64,000 bases of DNA from Octopus sinensis (lineage: Eukaryota): positions 12,834,001 through 12,898,000 of the forward strand of contig NC_043023.1 of the NCBI RefSeq assembly GCF_006345805.1, given 5' to 3'. Below are positions 38,933 to 54,885 of the stretch, piece by piece (positions within the stretch are counted from its first letter, which is position 1; each line of letters begins with the position of its first letter). The position numbers and the translations under genes are program-made. The notes below the pieces were generated by a model. That model was not told the DNA's origin, made no database searches, and saw only the letters and a list, made by a program, of their open reading frames with translations.

Positions 38933-40318
38933 TCACAATGTATGAATACGTTTATGTTTAGGCAGGGTACTACTGTGAGAGAATGATTTACCACAGATAT
39001 CACACTGATATGGTTTCTCTCCTGTATGAGTACGTAGGTGTCCAGTTAAAGTGCCAATTTCAGAGAATGACTCACCACAGATATCACAGTGATATGGTTT
39101 TTTCCCAGTATGAATACGTTTACGTTTAGGCAAGTCACTACTGTGAGAGAATGATTTACCACAGATATCGCAATGGTATGGCTTCTCTCCTGTATGAGTA
39201 CGTTTGTGTCTAGGTAAGTCAGCACTTCGAGAAAATGATTTACCACAGATATCACACTGATATGGTTTTTCTCCAGTATGAACACGTCTGTGCCTTCTTA
39301 GATCACAACTTTGAGAGAATGAATTACCACAGATATCACAGTGATATGGTTTTTCCCCAGTATGAATACGTTTATGTTTAATTAAGTCACTGCTGTAAGA
39401 GAATGATTTACCACAGATATTACAATGGTATGGCTTCTCTCCTGTATGAATATGTTTGTGACTGATTAAATTGCTATTACGAGAGAATGATTCACCACAG
39501 ATATCACATTGATATGGTTTTTCCCCAGTATGAATACGTATATGACTAGTCAAATGACTATTTGCAGTGAATGATTTACCACAGATGTCACAATGGTATG
39601 GCTTCTCTCCTGTATGAATACGTTTGTGATCAGTTAAACTGTTACTTATAGAAAATGATTTACCACAGATATCACAATGATGGGGCTTTTCTCCTGTATG
39701 TGTACGTTTGTGTTTATTTAAGTCACTACTGGTAGAGAATGATTTACCACAGATATCACACTGATATGGTTTCTCTCCTGTATGGGTACGTTTGTGTTTA
39801 GGCAAGTCACTACTGTGAGAAAATGATTTACCACAGATATCACACTGATATGGTTTCTCTCCTGTATGAGTACGTTTGTGATGAGTTAAAGTGCTATTTT
39901 GAGAAAATGATTTACCACAGATATCACACTGATGCGGCCTTTCCCCATTATGAATAAATTTGTGATGAGTTAAATTGCTATTTTCAAAAAATGATTTACC
40001 ACAGATATCACACTGATGTGGCTTTTCCCCAGTATGAATAAATTTGTGATGAGTTAAAGTGCTATTTTGAGAAAATGATTTACCACAGATATCACACTGA
40101 TGCGGCTTTTCCCCAGTATGAATAAATTTGTGATGAGTTAAATTGCTATTGTCAGAAAATGATTTACCACAGATATCACACTGATATGGTTTTTCTCCAG
40201 TATGAACACGTCTGTGCCTTCTTAGATTATAACTTTGAGAGAATGACTTACCACAGATATCACAGTGATGTGGCTTCTCTCTTTTATCATTGATTTTTGC
40301 TTTAGTTGAATCATTCAT
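38933..40318 (-). CDS. ZF-F: 461-aa C2H2 protein, 16 fingers (finger 14 has H>R)
   Basis: Open [16 protein letters not shown]...HTL. A ~17-nt linker deletion at 38940/38941 frameshifts off a 17th finger (38863-38940). Confidence 0.9.
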   Translation of the reverse strand: MNDSTKAKINDKREKPHHCDICGKSFSQSYNLRRHRRVHTGEKPYQCDICGKSFSDNSNLTHHKFIHTGEKPHQCDICGKSFSQNSTLTHHKFIHTGEKPHQCDICGKSFFENSNLTHHKFIHNGERPHQCDICGKSFSQNSTLTHHKRTHTGEKPYQCDICGKSFSHSSDLPKHKRTHTGEKPYQCDICGKSFSTSSDLNKHKRTHTGEKPHHCDICGKSFSISNSLTDHKRIHTGEKPYHCDICGKSFTANSHLTSHIRIHTGEKPYQCDICGESFSRNSNLISHKHIHTGEKPYHCNICGKSFSYSSDLIKHKRIHTGEKPYHCDICGNSFSQSCDLRRHRRVHTGEKPYQCDICGKSFSRSADLPRHKRTHTGEKPYHCDICGKSFSHSSDLPKRKRIHTGKKPYHCDICGESFSEIGTLTGHLRTHTGEKPYQCDICGKSFSHSSTLPKHKRIHTL

Positions 40319-40784
40319 TATGAGAGAATAATTTCGTTATACATATCACAATGATAATATTTTGCTGTTGTTTTCACAGATTTCCTTTATAAGATGAGTT
40401 TGATGTATTGATGAATGCTCCTTATAAATATATCATCTTCCTTTGGTTGATGGGAGCTGATAAAATATGAGAGGCACATCTGAATGAAGTAATTTCTTTT
40501 ATATCAACAGGATGTTATATTCTGAAATAGAAAAAAAAAGAAGCAGTGAGATAAAGAGAATCATTAAACAACATAGTAATTCAACATTGCAAATCTTACA
40601 ACATCAACACTGTCATCCATTTAATGTCTATGTTTGCAGGGGTCAGAATCCATTGAGGCATTGAAACTTTTACAACATTCTCTATATTGTTCTGCTGTAG
40701 GAAAAATTTTGGTGAAGGGTTAATTAAAATCTTGGCAAGGATGGATCCAATCTACTTCAAGATTCACTACAAATATATTTGTAT

Positions 40785-40825
<41 letters not shown>

Positions 40826-42116
40826 CAAGTATTAAGAGAGGGACCACATGTGGTCACTCTAACGCTAGAAATAGATCCGCAAAGGGAATCCACCACTAAA
40901 GAATTGTTCTGAAGCGTTAATTCAACACGCCAAGAATGTAAGCGGGCAGGACAAATGAAAAATAACGAAAAAATGGATTAACTCTATACAATTGTTTCAT
41001 CGTTAATAGATTGTGTAATTTTACTTACAAATCATTTTCGAATCATCGGTAGAGTATATCAAAAACATAATTTGCTGAACCAAACGCCAAAATCCATACG
41101 AATTTGATGTTATTAATTAATATTCAATTTCTTTCGCCCTTACACACACACACATATATGTATACATAATAATACATATATATGCATAAATACATACGTA
41201 TACGTACATACATGTTTGTTTATTTTCGCGAGTGCCCGTACTGCGTATTTTATTTTTTAGTATAAAATAGTTTAAAAAATAGATTGATCGTTCTAATTTT
41301 CTCTGGTAGTATTTAAAAAGAGTGGTCCCGGTGAGCGCACTCGCGCTAGTTAGTCGTGACTAGTCGATCCTACAACGACTACCTAGCAAAGTAAATAAAA
41401 CACAAAATCGGAAAATAAAGATCGACTAGTCCCGACTAGCTAGCGCGCCCACCGGGACCTCTCTTCTTAAATAGTACCCTTATAAGTTTGCTTATATTCG
41501 CGAGTGCCCGTTCTACGTATTTTATTTTTTAGTATAAAATATTTAAAAAATAGATTAATCTTTCTAATTTTCTCCATACTTTATGTATTCTGGATATATT
41601 TCCCATTTCCTAACTTTTCTCACAAGTAAGCGTCATTATCTTGGAGAGGTGCGCGGTACTACTAGCGAACACTGGTCTCGGTGCGCGCACTCGCACATCC
41701 GTGATAGCTAGTCGTATGTTGTCGATCCTACTTTTTAACCCTAACCTTAGTTTGTTTACAAAAATAATGTATTTACTTAGTTTTAAAAGTTGTAGGATCG
41801 ACTACTTACGACTAGCAAGCGCGGATACGCGAGTGCGCGCACCGGGACCACTATTCGCTAGTAGTACCTTATCATTAATGGTATTATCATCATCATTACA
41901 GCCTTAAAATAAATCTTTGTCAACTTACCGTATTCAGATACAAACAACGAGTCAGTGATCGTTAATTAAGCACCTTAATTAATTAATTAAGGAAAGTTAT
42001 ATCCCTTTATATGGTTATAGTTCTTCAATTTTCTATGACTGGTTCGTTTCGTTCCGGTGTCTTCTTTGTCCCATTCTGTCAACGATTTTACCTTCGAGGT
42101 AATATAGAATATATAC

Positions 42117-42277
42117 ACTCACATATTCTAATCTACGACCGTTTCCAGCGCACGAACTGGACCCCGTCGCAGACACCGAAAGAAAGAAGGCATCTTTGAC
42201 TTATATCTTCCTGATGTGACGTCAGGCCGTTGCACTTCCGATCCGTTTCTGACGTCATTTTCTCTCCTGTCCAATCA
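42117..42277 (-). promoter_or_regulatory. Putative promoter/exon 1 of ZF-F
   Basis: TGACGTCA at 42217 and 42250, ACTTCCG, CCAAT at 42271, donor at 42122. Confidence 0.6.
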
Positions 42278-44244
42278 TTGTCCTTCCTTCACACTTCTCT
42301 CTCATCTAAAGAACAATGCTTGGATACCTTTTGGGGATCTTTTCGGTTTGACCGGCAGTTTTTTAAAATAATTTCCACGTAACTAAACACTTTTAAACTT
42401 CGTATACAGGTAGAATGTGTTTATAAGACATTTTTCTCTTGGTTTTATTGAGAAGATTCTATAGTTTGTAAGATATTTGGGTTTTTTTCGGTTTGAACGA
42501 GAGTTTTTAAAAATAATTTCCACGTAACTAACACTTTAAACTTCGTATACTGGTAGAATGTGTTTATAAAACATCTTTTTCTCTTGGCTGTATTGAGAAA
42601 ATTCAACGGTTTTTAAGATATTTGTTGTTTTTTTTCTTCAATTTCTGCAATTTCAACCAATCACTGACGTTTATTGAGGTAAAAAAAAACATTCTGTGCC
42701 GTATGAATATGTCCCTCGTTTAAGAAACAGATTGGGTTTATTTATATTTGTGAAAAAAAATATATACCCTTCCCCTAAAACAGATTGAAATGCAATAGAT
42801 CGATACCAGGGTCGTAATTATGGGTGACAATTTCATATGGCACTACTAGAAAAAACTGCCGTTCAAACCGAAAAGATCCGTTTTCACTTCTATATGATTA
42901 CTTTAACATTGAAGGGTTCACATAATCCCATTATTTACTGGCAGGGTCACTAGCACGCCAGACAAAATGCTTCACAATATTTCTTTCGTCAATAGCTTTG
43001 TTGAGGGATCGTTTCCTTTTGAACGGCAGTTTTCAACACAATTTCTAGTTAACTAAACACTTTAAAATTTCGTTTACTGGGAGAATGTGTCAACAGAAAA
43101 CATTTTTTTCTCTTTTCTTGAGAAAATTGTAATTTGTAAGTTGTCTCTGTTTGATCTGGCAGTGTTTCTACAGCTGGATGCCCTTCCTAACGCCAACCAC
43201 TCCAGAAGTGTAGTGGGTGCTTTTTATGTGCCACCTGCACAGGTGCCAGGGGAGTCCGGCATCGGCTATGATCAGTTGGTGCTTTTAACGAGCTACCGAC
43301 ACATTTTCTTAATTGTTGTCAGTTTCCCGCTTCGAAAAATAATTACTGTAACATCGAGAGGTTCACAGAATTCTATTATTTACCTTATTATTATTATTAG
43401 TAGTAGTAGTAGTATTATCACCATTACAGCCTTAAAGTAAATCTTTATTAACTTACCGTATTCACAAATAAGCAACGAGTCAGTGAATCAGTAATTAAGC
43501 ACCTTAATTAATAATTTAATTGTTGAACCGGGGTTGAAATGTAGCAGAAGTTATTTTCCTTTACATGATTGTCTTCCTTCAGTTCTCCAATAGGTGGCTC
43601 TACTGACTGGTGGGATTCGTTGTAGTTTCCTCTTTGTCCCTTTCTGTCAAGAACTTCACTTTCAAGGGTTTTCAAATTTTTACAAGATTCTTTCAATAAA
43701 GTGTACTCACACATTCGGATCTTTTCGGTTTGAACGGCAGTTTTTTCTTGCAGTGTCATATGAAATTGTCACCCATAATTATGACCCTAGTATCGATCTA
43801 TTGCATTTCAATCTGTTTTAGGGTTAGGGGTGGGGAGGAGGGTATTTTTTTTCTTCACAAATGTAAATAAACCCAATATGTTTCTTAAACGAGGGACATA
43901 TTCATACGGCACAGAATGTTTTCACCTCAATAGACGTCATTGATTTGTTGAAATTTTCACCCATAATTATGACCCTAGTATCGATCTATTGCATTTCAAT
44001 CTGTTTTAGGTTTAAGGGTGGGGGGAAGGCTATCTTTTTTTCTTCACAAATGTAAATAAACCCAATCTGTTTCTTAAACGAGGGACATATTCATAAGGCA
44101 CAGAATGTTTTTCACCGCAATGGACGTCTTAAGGTGATACAGCCAAAGAAAGCAAGCAAAATCTGAGTGGAACTTGGAGCAGCACTCTGGCTTGCCAACT
44201 CAGGTCACAATTTCCCACCCAGGCATGCAAAGGAAATGAACACT

Positions 44245-44390
44245 GAAGAAGAAGAAGAAGAAGAAGGAGTAGGAGAAGAAGAAGAAGAAGGAGGTGGAGG
44301 AGAAGAATGAGAAGACGGAGAAGAAGAAGAAGAAAAAGAAAAAAGAAGGAGGATGAGGAGAAGAAGAAGAAGAAGGATGATGATGATGAA
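44245..44390. repeat. (GAA/GGA/GAT)n compound microsatellite
   Basis: Direct read. Confidence 0.9.
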
Positions 44391-45172
44391 AACACAACAA
44401 AGACAAAATCAATGTCACTTAAAACTTTTATTCCTTATTCCCATTCCTTTATTCTCTCATAACAAATTCCTCAAAAATCCAGCACAATCCTCTTCAGAAA
44501 CCAAAGTCATCTCTGTGTTGATATATTTAGATATATAAATGATATTGAAGTTGTGATTCAGGAATTTCATGTTGACATCCAAGAACCTGAAGTTGATAAT
44601 GTCAAGCTTGAAGAGGAATAAACCCTATCTTTTAGCAGACAAAATATTCATAATTCTTGTCATCATCATTTAGTGTCCGCTTTCCATGCTAGCATGGGTT
44701 GGACGGTTCAACTGGGGTCTGGGAAGCCAGAAGGCTGCACCTGGCCCAGTCTGATCTGGCAATGTTTCTACGGCTGGATGCCCTTCCTAATGCCAACCAC
44801 TCCGTGAGTGTAGTGGGTGCTTTTTACGTGCCACCATTACAGGCGCCTGATGGGGCTGGCAACGGCCACGATCGGATGGTGCGTTTCACGTGCCAGCCGC
44901 ATGGGGGCCAGGCGAGTCTGGCAACGGCCATGATCGGATGGTGCTTTTTACATGCCACCAGCACTGGTATCACAGCTGCAATTTCCATTGATGTTGGTTG
45001 ATTTTGATTTTGATTCTGATTCTCACTTGCCTCAAAAGGTCTTCACAAGTAGAGTTTTGTGTCACAAGAAGATAAGGTATGCATAAGTGGACTGGCTACA
45101 TCCCAGGTAGAGGCCATGGGTTGTGGTCTCACTTGTCCTGCCGGGTTGTAATAAATTTTGATATTGATACGA

Positions 45173-45655
<483 letters not shown>

Positions 45656-47806
45656 TGTCCTTCCTTCACACTTCTCTCTCAACTAAAGAACAATGCTTGG
45701 ATACCTTTTGGGGATCTTTTCGGTTTGACCGGCAGTTTTTTTAAATAATTTCCACGTAACTAAACACTTTTAAACTTCGAATACTGGTAGAATGTGTTTA
45801 TAAAACATCTTTTTCTATTGGCTTTATTGAGAAAATTCTATAGTTTGTAAGATATTTGGGATTTTTTCGGTTTGAACGGCAGTTTTTTAAAATAATTTCC
45901 ACGTGTTAGGGTTAGGAGTGGGGAGAAAAGGCTCTCTGTTATCTTCCCAAATGTAAACAAATTCACGTGTGTACATATATATCGAAGCATCGCCTTATTA
46001 TTCGCTTTGTGTAAAAAGAAAAGGATCTTTTCGGTTTGACTGGCAGTTTTTTGTAGCGGTGTCATATGAAATTGTCACCCATAATTTTGACCCTTGTATC
46101 GATCTATTGTATTTCAATCTGTGTTAGGGTTAGGGGTGGGGAAAGGGTATCTTTTTTTCTTCAAAAATGTAAATAATCCCAATCTGTTTCTTAAACGAGG
46201 GACATAGTCATAAGGCACATGGTTTTTTTTACCTCAATAGACGTCATTGATTGGTTGAAATTGCAGAAAAAAAACAACAAATATGTTACAAACTACGGAA
46301 TTTTCTCAATAAAGCCAAGGAAAAGGATGCTTTATAAATACATTCTATCTATATACGAAGTTTAAAATTTTTTTAGTTACCTAGAAATTTAAAAACCTGC
46401 CGTTCAAACCGAAAAGATCCCCATTATTCCCAGAGAACAGTTGGCGAACCAGATGGCAGCACCAGGCTCCAATCTGATCTGGTAGAGTTTCTACAGCTGG
46501 TTGGTGTTAGGAAGGGCATCCAGCTGTTGAAACTCTGCCAGATCAGATTGGAGCCTGGTGCTGCCTCCTGGTTCGCCAGTCGTCAATCAGATCGTGCAAC
46601 CCATGCTAGAACGGAAATCGGACGTTAAACGATGATGATGATGATGATCACAGTGATCTATTTTCTCTCATGTATAATTAAGTTGCTACTTTGAGAGAAC
46701 CTTCAGTGGATGGAATGTAGTGTCGTGTGTTCGATATTCGAAGGTTGATTAATTCTTCCAATGACAACGGGGAGGGAAAAGATGGCGCCGCTCCTAACAT
46801 AATGCACAATTACGAAAGGAAATAGAGAAGCCCTGGGATTTTTACCTTTTGACCTACAGATTTGAAAGATAATTCTTAAATCTGCAGAAAATTAGGAAGA
46901 TTCATCATCATCATCATCATTTAGCGTCCGTTTTCCATGCTTGCTTGGGTTGGACGGTTCAACTGGGGTCTGTGAAGCTTGAAGGCTTCATCAAGCCCAG
47001 TCAGAGCTGGCAGTGTTTCTACGGCTGGATGCCCTTCCTAACGCCAACAACTCCGTGAGTGTAGTGGGTGCTTTTTACGTGCCACCCGCACAGGTGCCAG
47101 ACAGAGCTGGCAAACGGCCACGAACGGATGGTGCTTTTACGTGTCACCGGCACGGGGGCCAGGCGAGGCTGGCAACGGACACAAACGGGTGGTGCTTTTA
47201 CGTGCCACCGACACGGGGGCCAGACAGAGCTGGCAAACGGCCACGAACGGACGGTGCTTTTACGTGTCACCGGCACGGGTCCAGACGAGGCTGGCAACGG
47301 ACATGAACGGGTGGTACATTTACGTGCCACCGACACGGGGACTAGGCAGAGCTGGCTCACGGCTACGAACGGATGGTGCTTTTTCGTGTCACCGGCACGG
47401 GGGCCAGGCGAGGCTGGCAACGGACACGAACGGGTGGTGCTTTTACGTGCCACCGACACGGGGGCCAGGTGAGGCTGGCAACGGACACGAACGGGTGGTG
47501 CTTTTACGTGCCACCGACACGGGGGCCAGACAGAGCAGGCAAACGGCCACGAACGGATGGTTCGCGTAACCACAGCTGCAATTCCCACTGATGTTGATCG
47601 ACCTCAATTTGGTTCTGCTTTCTGATATATGAATTGATTTGCTTTGATTTTGATTTTGACTGTTCTCACTGGTCTTGCTAAGTCTTCCATTTCTAAAAGT
47701 ATTTTATACTAACAAATAAAATATGGAGAACGGGCACTCGCGAATATAAACAGATCATGTCGTGTAGCCAGCTGTAGATGTCTCCTCAGGCTGAATTACA
47801 TCAACA

Positions 47807-49741
47807 TCTCTTATTATAAAAGGCAGATTTTATCTGCCTCCCTTTGTATCTTATAGAAATCTACAATATAGGATTTCTTCAATTACAATTTACCTTGCCT
47901 TTTTTAGAGTAGAATGCATCGGGTCGTGCCAGGTCCAGTTTTCAAATTTCAACCCCAATTAAGCAAAATTTAGAGAAAACTCACATTGTGATGTCTAAGT
48001 CAAATGCTTTTCTTAGTGTGGCCTACACCACACGCACACACACAGTGTGCAACGAATAAAGTGAAAGTAATTCACTTTTTGTACTGAGTGACTCTTTCAC
48101 TCTGCCACTTCCTCTTTACACACATAGACACGCAAATATATAAATAAAATTGTAAGCTAACGTGTGTGTGTGTGTGTGTGTGTGAGGGTGCGTGTGTGTG
48201 TGTGCGTGTGCGTCAGTGTGTGACAGGAAAGTTTTTTAGGACGAATATAAGACCTATATCCAAGTAGCAGAAAGATCGCCCAAAAGTGTATATAGATATT
48301 TAAATGTGTTTATATATTTATCTATACACAGATGTATGTATAATGTGTGTGTATATATTTCCATGGAGGTAACCTTTCACTCCATACAAAGTTTTTTAGG
48401 ACGAATATAAGATCTAAAGTATATACAAGTAGCAGAAAGATCGCCCAAAAGTGTATATAGATATTTAAATGTATTTATATATTCATCTATGCACAGATGT
48501 ATGTATAATGTGTGTGTATATATTTCCATACACGTAACCATTCACTCTGCACAAAGTTTTTTAGGACGAAAATAAGATCTAAAGTTATCTCTAAGTAGCA
48601 CAAAGATCGCCCAAAAGTGTATATAGATATATAAATGTATTTATATATTCATCTATGCACACATGTATGTATAACCTGTGTGTATATATTTCCATAGAGG
48701 TAACCATTCACTCCATACAAAGTTTTTTAGGACGAAAATAAGATCTAAAGTTATCTCTAAGAAACAGAAAGATCGCCCAAAAGTGTATATAGATATTTAA
48801 ATGTATTTATATATTCATCTATACACACATGTATGTATAATGTGCGTGTATATATTTCCATAGAGGTAACCATTCAATCCATACAAAGTTTTTTAGGATG
48901 AAAATATTTATATATAAAAGAAAGGTTGTGTGTCTGTCTACTCCGATTTAGATTCCTAACTACTCCCACATTTTGCGATGCAGTTTAACCAAAACCGGGT
49001 ATCTTATAGTCGTGATTCATATCGAGCCCTTCTGGGTATTAGCGCGTGTCTACGATGAGTCTATGATTTTACAAATAATTTACCGTCATTTTTTTCCATT
49101 TTAATGCATATTTTTTTAAATAAACGGAAGTAACTCTCAAACTTCACACCAATATGCGTGCTCATATGTGACGTAATATCACATCAGCAGCATTTCCTCA
49201 CACCCTCCTTGCACTTGGCGAAGGCAAAATACCAGGGGATGAAAATGGTAATATTGCCATCGATTCCATTTGTACCATTGTTAAGACGCCTTCTGATCTC
49301 AGAGATGCAGTGTTCCCAGATCTACAAGCTAATTATCAGAATATGGATTGGATTGGCAAAAAGGCTATACTGGCCCCGAGGAATAAAACTGTTCACCATA
49401 TTAATGATGAAATGCTAAAACTCATTCCTGGGGAAGTCTATGTATATCAGTCTATCGATACAACTCCTGACCCAGAGGACGTCATCAACTATCCAATAGA
49501 GGTACTCAATTCCTTTGAGCACCCCGGACTACCACCACACTTTCTCAAACTTAAAGTTGGTGCCCCTATAATGCTCATCAGAAATTTGGTTCCCCCAAAA
49601 CAATGCAATGGCACACGTTTGATTGTTAAGTCCTTATCTCCCGACGTAAGCATATATCAATATTTGCCTGAATAATCATCATAATTCAGTGCAATCATTA
49701 AAAGTACTTTCAAGCAGTTCAGCGCCGAGCAATTCTGCTAG
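47807..49741 (+). mobile_element. Composite Helitron with helicase fragment (duplicate of 10586-12523)
   Basis: Same termini; ORF 49310-49675 is identical to 12092-12457. Confidence 0.8.
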
Positions 49742-50421
49742 TCTCTATATATATAAATGGCCAAACGTTTGTCTGTGTGTGCGTGTCCTTTATACAAATC
49801 CACAATTTTTCAGTTAGAGGGCTCGCACTTTCTATGGTCATTCAAAACCTTCCTAAGGTGGTCGTGCACATCTTTACATTTCCCCAGTCACCCCACAAAG
49901 CCATTAAAAAAATCAATAGAACAAGGATCTCTGAACAAATAACAATATTTATTTTTCTGTCTGTACAAGCATTACATCTCTGGACAATCAGTAGCTAGGT
50001 CGCCTTGGTGCGGAAGCAGCAGAGACAGTTTAATCACGATTGTGAAGGCATACTTCACAGATTCGCTGAAGTTATGGATCGCCTTCAGAATTCCAGCCAC
50101 ACGGAGCTGGTGAAGTTGCGGCCGGCTTGGTTGGAAGCAGGGGCGAAGAGAGAGAGAGGACAGCGGTCAAGCCTAGCTGATGCTGATGACTGCACATGCG
50201 CATAAGGGGCTTCCGGCAGGCTCTTACCCCTGCGCATGCGTGGATGAAAATCCTAAAATGGCCTCTGGGACCAGGCGTCACTACAAGGTTCCCCCTTGAG
50301 TGCGGGGCATGAAAATAGAAAGATTGTAGTGGCACCAGAAGTAAGATGGCTACCGATTACCCAGAAGATGTGGCACAAAATATGACAACTCAAAAGAAAA
50401 TGTAATCACAATATACATATA

Positions 50422-50598
50422 GGCGCAGGAGTGGCTGTGTGGTAAGTAGCTTGCTTACCAACCACATGGTTCCAGGTTCAGTCCCACTGCGTGGAGCCTT
50501 GGGTAATTATCTTCTACTATTGCCTCAGGCCGACCAAAGCCTTGTGAGTGGATTTGGTAGACGGAAACTGAAAGAAGCCCGTCGTATATATGTATATA

Positions 50599-50636
<38 letters not shown>

Positions 50637-50840
50637 TGTGTTTGTCCCCCAAGTACTGCTTGACAACCGATGCTGGTGTGTTTATGTCCCCGTCACTTAG
50701 CAGTTCGGCAAAAGAGACCGATAGAATAAGTACTGGGCTTTCAAAAGAATAAGTCCCGGGGTCGAGATGCTCTATAAAAGGCGGAGCTCCAGCATGGCCA
50801 CAGTCAAATGACTGAAACAAGTAAAGGAGAAAGAGAAAGA
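50422..50840 (+). mobile_element. tRNA-derived SINE
   Basis: Duplicate of 13203-13620. Confidence 0.85.
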
Positions 50841-51685
50841 GAGAATAAGCATGCACAAAGAATTTTATTTTTACAAAATGTTTAATAACAAAACATTGAA
50901 AATGTCCAGTACACAAAAGAACAGCTGTCTGTCACAGGAAACAATAGAGAATCCTCCTCATCATCATTGTATAACATCTGTTTTCCCTGCTAGCATGGGT
51001 TGGACGGTTGACTGGGGTCTGGGAAGCCAGGAGGCTGCACCAGGTTGCAGTCTGGTCTAGCAGTGTTTCTACAGCTGGATGCCCTTCCTAAACGCCAACC
51101 ACTCTGTGAGTGTAGTGGAAGCTTTTTACATGCCACCGGCACAGGGGCCAGGAGAGGCTGGCAGCGGCCACAGTCACTCGGTGCTTTTTACGAGCCAACG
51201 GCACGGAAGCAAGGCGAGGCTGCCAATGGCCACGATCGGATGGTGCTTTTTATGTGCCACCAGCATGGGAGCCAGGCGAGGCTGGCAATGACCACGATCG
51301 GATGGTGCTTTTTATGTGCCACCAGCACAGGGGCCAGGGGAGACTGGCAATGGCCACGATCGGATGGTGCTTTTTACGTGCCACCAGCACTGGTATCACA
51401 GCTACAATTTCCATTGATGTTGATTGATTTCGATTTTGTTTCTGATTCTCACTTGCCTCAACAGGTCTTCACAAGTTGAGTTTTGTGTCCCAAGAAGGAA
51501 AGCTATGCATAAGTGGACTGGCTACATCCCAGGTAGAGGCCATGGGTTATAGTCTCACTTGTCCTGCCGGGTTGTAATAACTTTTTATATTGATATGATT
51601 ACACCTGTGTATGAATACTCAGATGTGTGCTTAAGTGGCACTTTTGAGAGAATGACTCACCACAAATATCACAATGATATGGTTT

Positions 51686-52825
51686 TTAACCTGTATGAAT
51701 ACGTTTGTGACTGATTAAATTGCTATTTTTAGGAAATGACTTACCACAGATATCACAGTGATATGGTTTTTCCGCAGTATGTATACGTCTGTGAACAGAC
51801 AAACTATCACTTCTGGAGAATGATTTACCACAGATATCACAGTGATAGTGATATTCTTTTTCCCCAGTGTGTATACGTTTGTGTTTAGGTAATTCACTAC
51901 TGTAAGAAAATGATTTACCACAGATATCACACTGATATGGCTTCTCACCCGTATGAATACGTTTGTGCACTTTTAAAGTAGAAGGCTGAGAAAATGATTT
52001 ACCACAGATATTACAACGATATGGCTTCTCTCCTGTATGAATACGTAGGTGTCTGGTTAAATGGCTATTTTCAGAGAATGATTCACCACAGATATCGCAA
52101 TGATATGGCTTCTCACCTGTATGAATACGTTTGTGCACTTTTAAAGAAGAAGGCTCAGAAAAGGATTTGCCACAGATATCACACTGATATGGTTTTTCCC
52201 CAGTATGAATACGTATATGACTAGTCAAATCACTATTTCTAGTGAATGATTTACCACAGATATCACAATGATGGGGCTTTTCTCCTGTATGAGTACGTTT
52301 GTGTCTAGGTAAATCAGCACTTCGAGAAAATGATTTACCACAGATATCACACTGATATGGTTTCTCTCCTGTATGGGTAGGTTTGTGTTTAGGTAAATCA
52401 GATCTTCGAGAAAATGACTTACCACAGATATCACAATGGAATGGCTTCTCTCCTGTATGAATAAGTTTGTGATCAGTTAAATTGCTATTTTCAGAAAATG
52501 ATTTACCACAGATATCACACTGATATGGTTTCTCTCCTGTATGGGTACGTTTGTGTCTAGGTATATCAGCTCTTCGAGAAAATGACTTACCACAGATATC
52601 ACACTGATATGGTTTCTCTCCTGTATGAGTACGTTTGTGTTGAGTCAAGTGACTAATTTGAGAGAATGATTTACCACAGATATCACACTGATGTGGCTTT
52701 TCCCCAGTATGAATAAATTTGTGATGAGTTAAAGAGCTATTGTCAGAAAATGACTTACCACAGATATCACAGTGATATGGTTTTTCTCTTTTATCATTGA
52801 TTTTTGCTTTAGTTGAATTATTCAT
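51686..52825 (-). CDS. ZF-B': 379-aa C2H2 protein, 13 fingers, identical in translation to ZF-B
   Basis: The ORF track translation matches 14402-15541 and has the same premature TAA. Confidence 0.9.
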   Translation of the reverse strand: MNNSTKAKINDKREKPYHCDICGKSFSDNSSLTHHKFIHTGEKPHQCDICGKSFSQISHLTQHKRTHTGEKPYQCDICGKSFSRRADIPRHKRTHTGEKPYQCDICGKSFSENSNLTDHKLIHTGEKPFHCDICGKSFSRRSDLPKHKPTHTGEKPYQCDICGKSFSRSADLPRHKRTHTGEKPHHCDICGKSFTRNSDLTSHIRIHTGEKPYQCDICGKSFSEPSSLKVHKRIHTGEKPYHCDICGESFSENSHLTRHLRIHTGEKPYRCNICGKSFSQPSTLKVHKRIHTGEKPYQCDICGKSFSYSSELPKHKRIHTGEKEYHYHCDICGKSFSRSDSLSVHRRIHTAEKPYHCDICGKSFPKNSNLISHKRIHTG

Positions 52826-53939
52826 TATGAGAGAATAATTTCGTTATACATATCACAATGATAGTATCTGTTTCATTTCTATGAATGTTTGCGTTCAAAT
52901 ACATCAGAGAATAATTAAATGTTATGTTACTTTCATTGGTGATCTTGCTTAATATCTAAAACAGAAGATATAAATTGGTTAACTCTTTTGTAAAGTTACT
53001 CAAACTTAACCTGTAGGTTCATCATCATCTCTACATTCCAGATGGCAAAAAAAATGTTGCTCTTAACTCCATCATCCAGAAGAAATATTTCCCCATCATT
53101 CATCAAAGATTTTATTTATATAAAGAGGCTGATGTATTGATGAATGTGCCTTATGAATATATGGTCTTCCTTTAATTGATGAAAGTCAATCAAAATATCA
53201 GACACACCTCTGAATGAAGAAATTTCTTTTAAATCAACATGGTATGATATTATGAAATAGGAAAAAAATTCATTTCTATGAATATATTTGTGTTGCTATT
53301 TTCAGAGATTAATTTAATGCTATGCTTCTTTCATCTGTGATTTTGCTTAATATCTAAATCAAGAGGTGACAATTGTCTACCCCTTTGTAAAGTCATCCAA
53401 GCTTAATTAACCTGTAAAACAATCATCTCCTCTATATTCCAGACAGCAAAGACTTCAAATTGTTGCTGTTAATTCCATCGTCCAGAAGAAATATTTTGCT
53501 GTTGTTTTTCACAGATTTCCTTTATAAGATGAGTTTGATGTATTGATGAATGCTCCTTATAAATATATCATCTTCCTTTGGTTGATGGGAGCTGATAAAA
53601 TATCAGAGGCACATCTGAATGAAGTAATTTCTTTCATATCAACAGGATGTTATATTCTGAAATAGGAAAAAAAAGAAGCAGTGAGATAAAGAGAATCATT
53701 AAACGACATAGTAATTCAACATTGCAAATCTTACAACATCAACACTGTCATCCATTTAATGTCTATGTTTGCAGGGGTCAGAATCCATTGAGGCATTGAA
53801 ACTTTTACAACATTCTGTATAGAGATTTCTCTATTGTTCCGCCATGCGAAAAATTTTGGTGAAGGGTTAATTAAAATTTTGGCTATGGTGGATCCAATCT
53901 ACTTCATGCGTGCAAGATTCACTGCAAATATATTTGTAT

Positions 53940-53976
<37 letters not shown>

Positions 53977-54885
53977 CAAGTATTAAGAGAGGGACCACAT
54001 GTGGTCACTCTAACGCTAGAAATAGATCCGCAAAGGGAATCCACCACTAAAGAATTGTTCTCAAGCATTAATTCAACATGCCAAGAATGTAAGGGGGCAG
54101 GACAAATGAAAAATAACGAAAAAATGGATTAACTCTATACAATTGTTTCATCGTTAATAGATTGTGTAATTTTACTTACAAATCATTTTCGAATCATCGG
54201 TAGAGTATATCAAAAACATAATTTGCTGAACCAAACGCCAAAATCCATACGAAATTGATGTTATTAATTAATATTCAATTTCTTTCACCCTTACACACAC
54301 ACATATATGTATATATAATAGTACATATATATGCATAAATACATACGTATACGTACATACATGTTTGTTTATATTCGCGAGTGCCCGTTCTGCGTATTTT
54401 ATTTTTTAGTATAAAATAGTTTAAAAAATAGATTAATCGTTCTAATTTTCTCTGGTACTATTTAAAAAGTGTGGTCCCGGTGCGCGCTCTCGCGCAAGTT
54501 AGTCGTGATTAGTCGATCCTACAACGACTACCTAGCAAAGTAAATAAAACACAAAATAAATAATTGTTTTCACACAAAGTAAATAATTTTTTGGCGATCC
54601 ATCGGTATAGGTACCGTGAGTGGCTTTGTTTACATTTCTGAAGATAACAGAAACCCTTTTCTCCCACCACTAACACAAACCTTAACCATAACCCCCCACC
54701 CCCATATATATAAAAAAAAGACACTTTCTTGAAATGTATCTGGTACTTCCGGTACCTATACCGAAGTTACGCTCATTTTTTTAAAACAGAGTAAAGAAAA
54801 CAAAAGTACAAAGTAAGGATCGATTAGTCACGACTAGCTACTGCGGATGCGCGCACCTGGACCTCTCTTCTTAAATAGTACCCTT

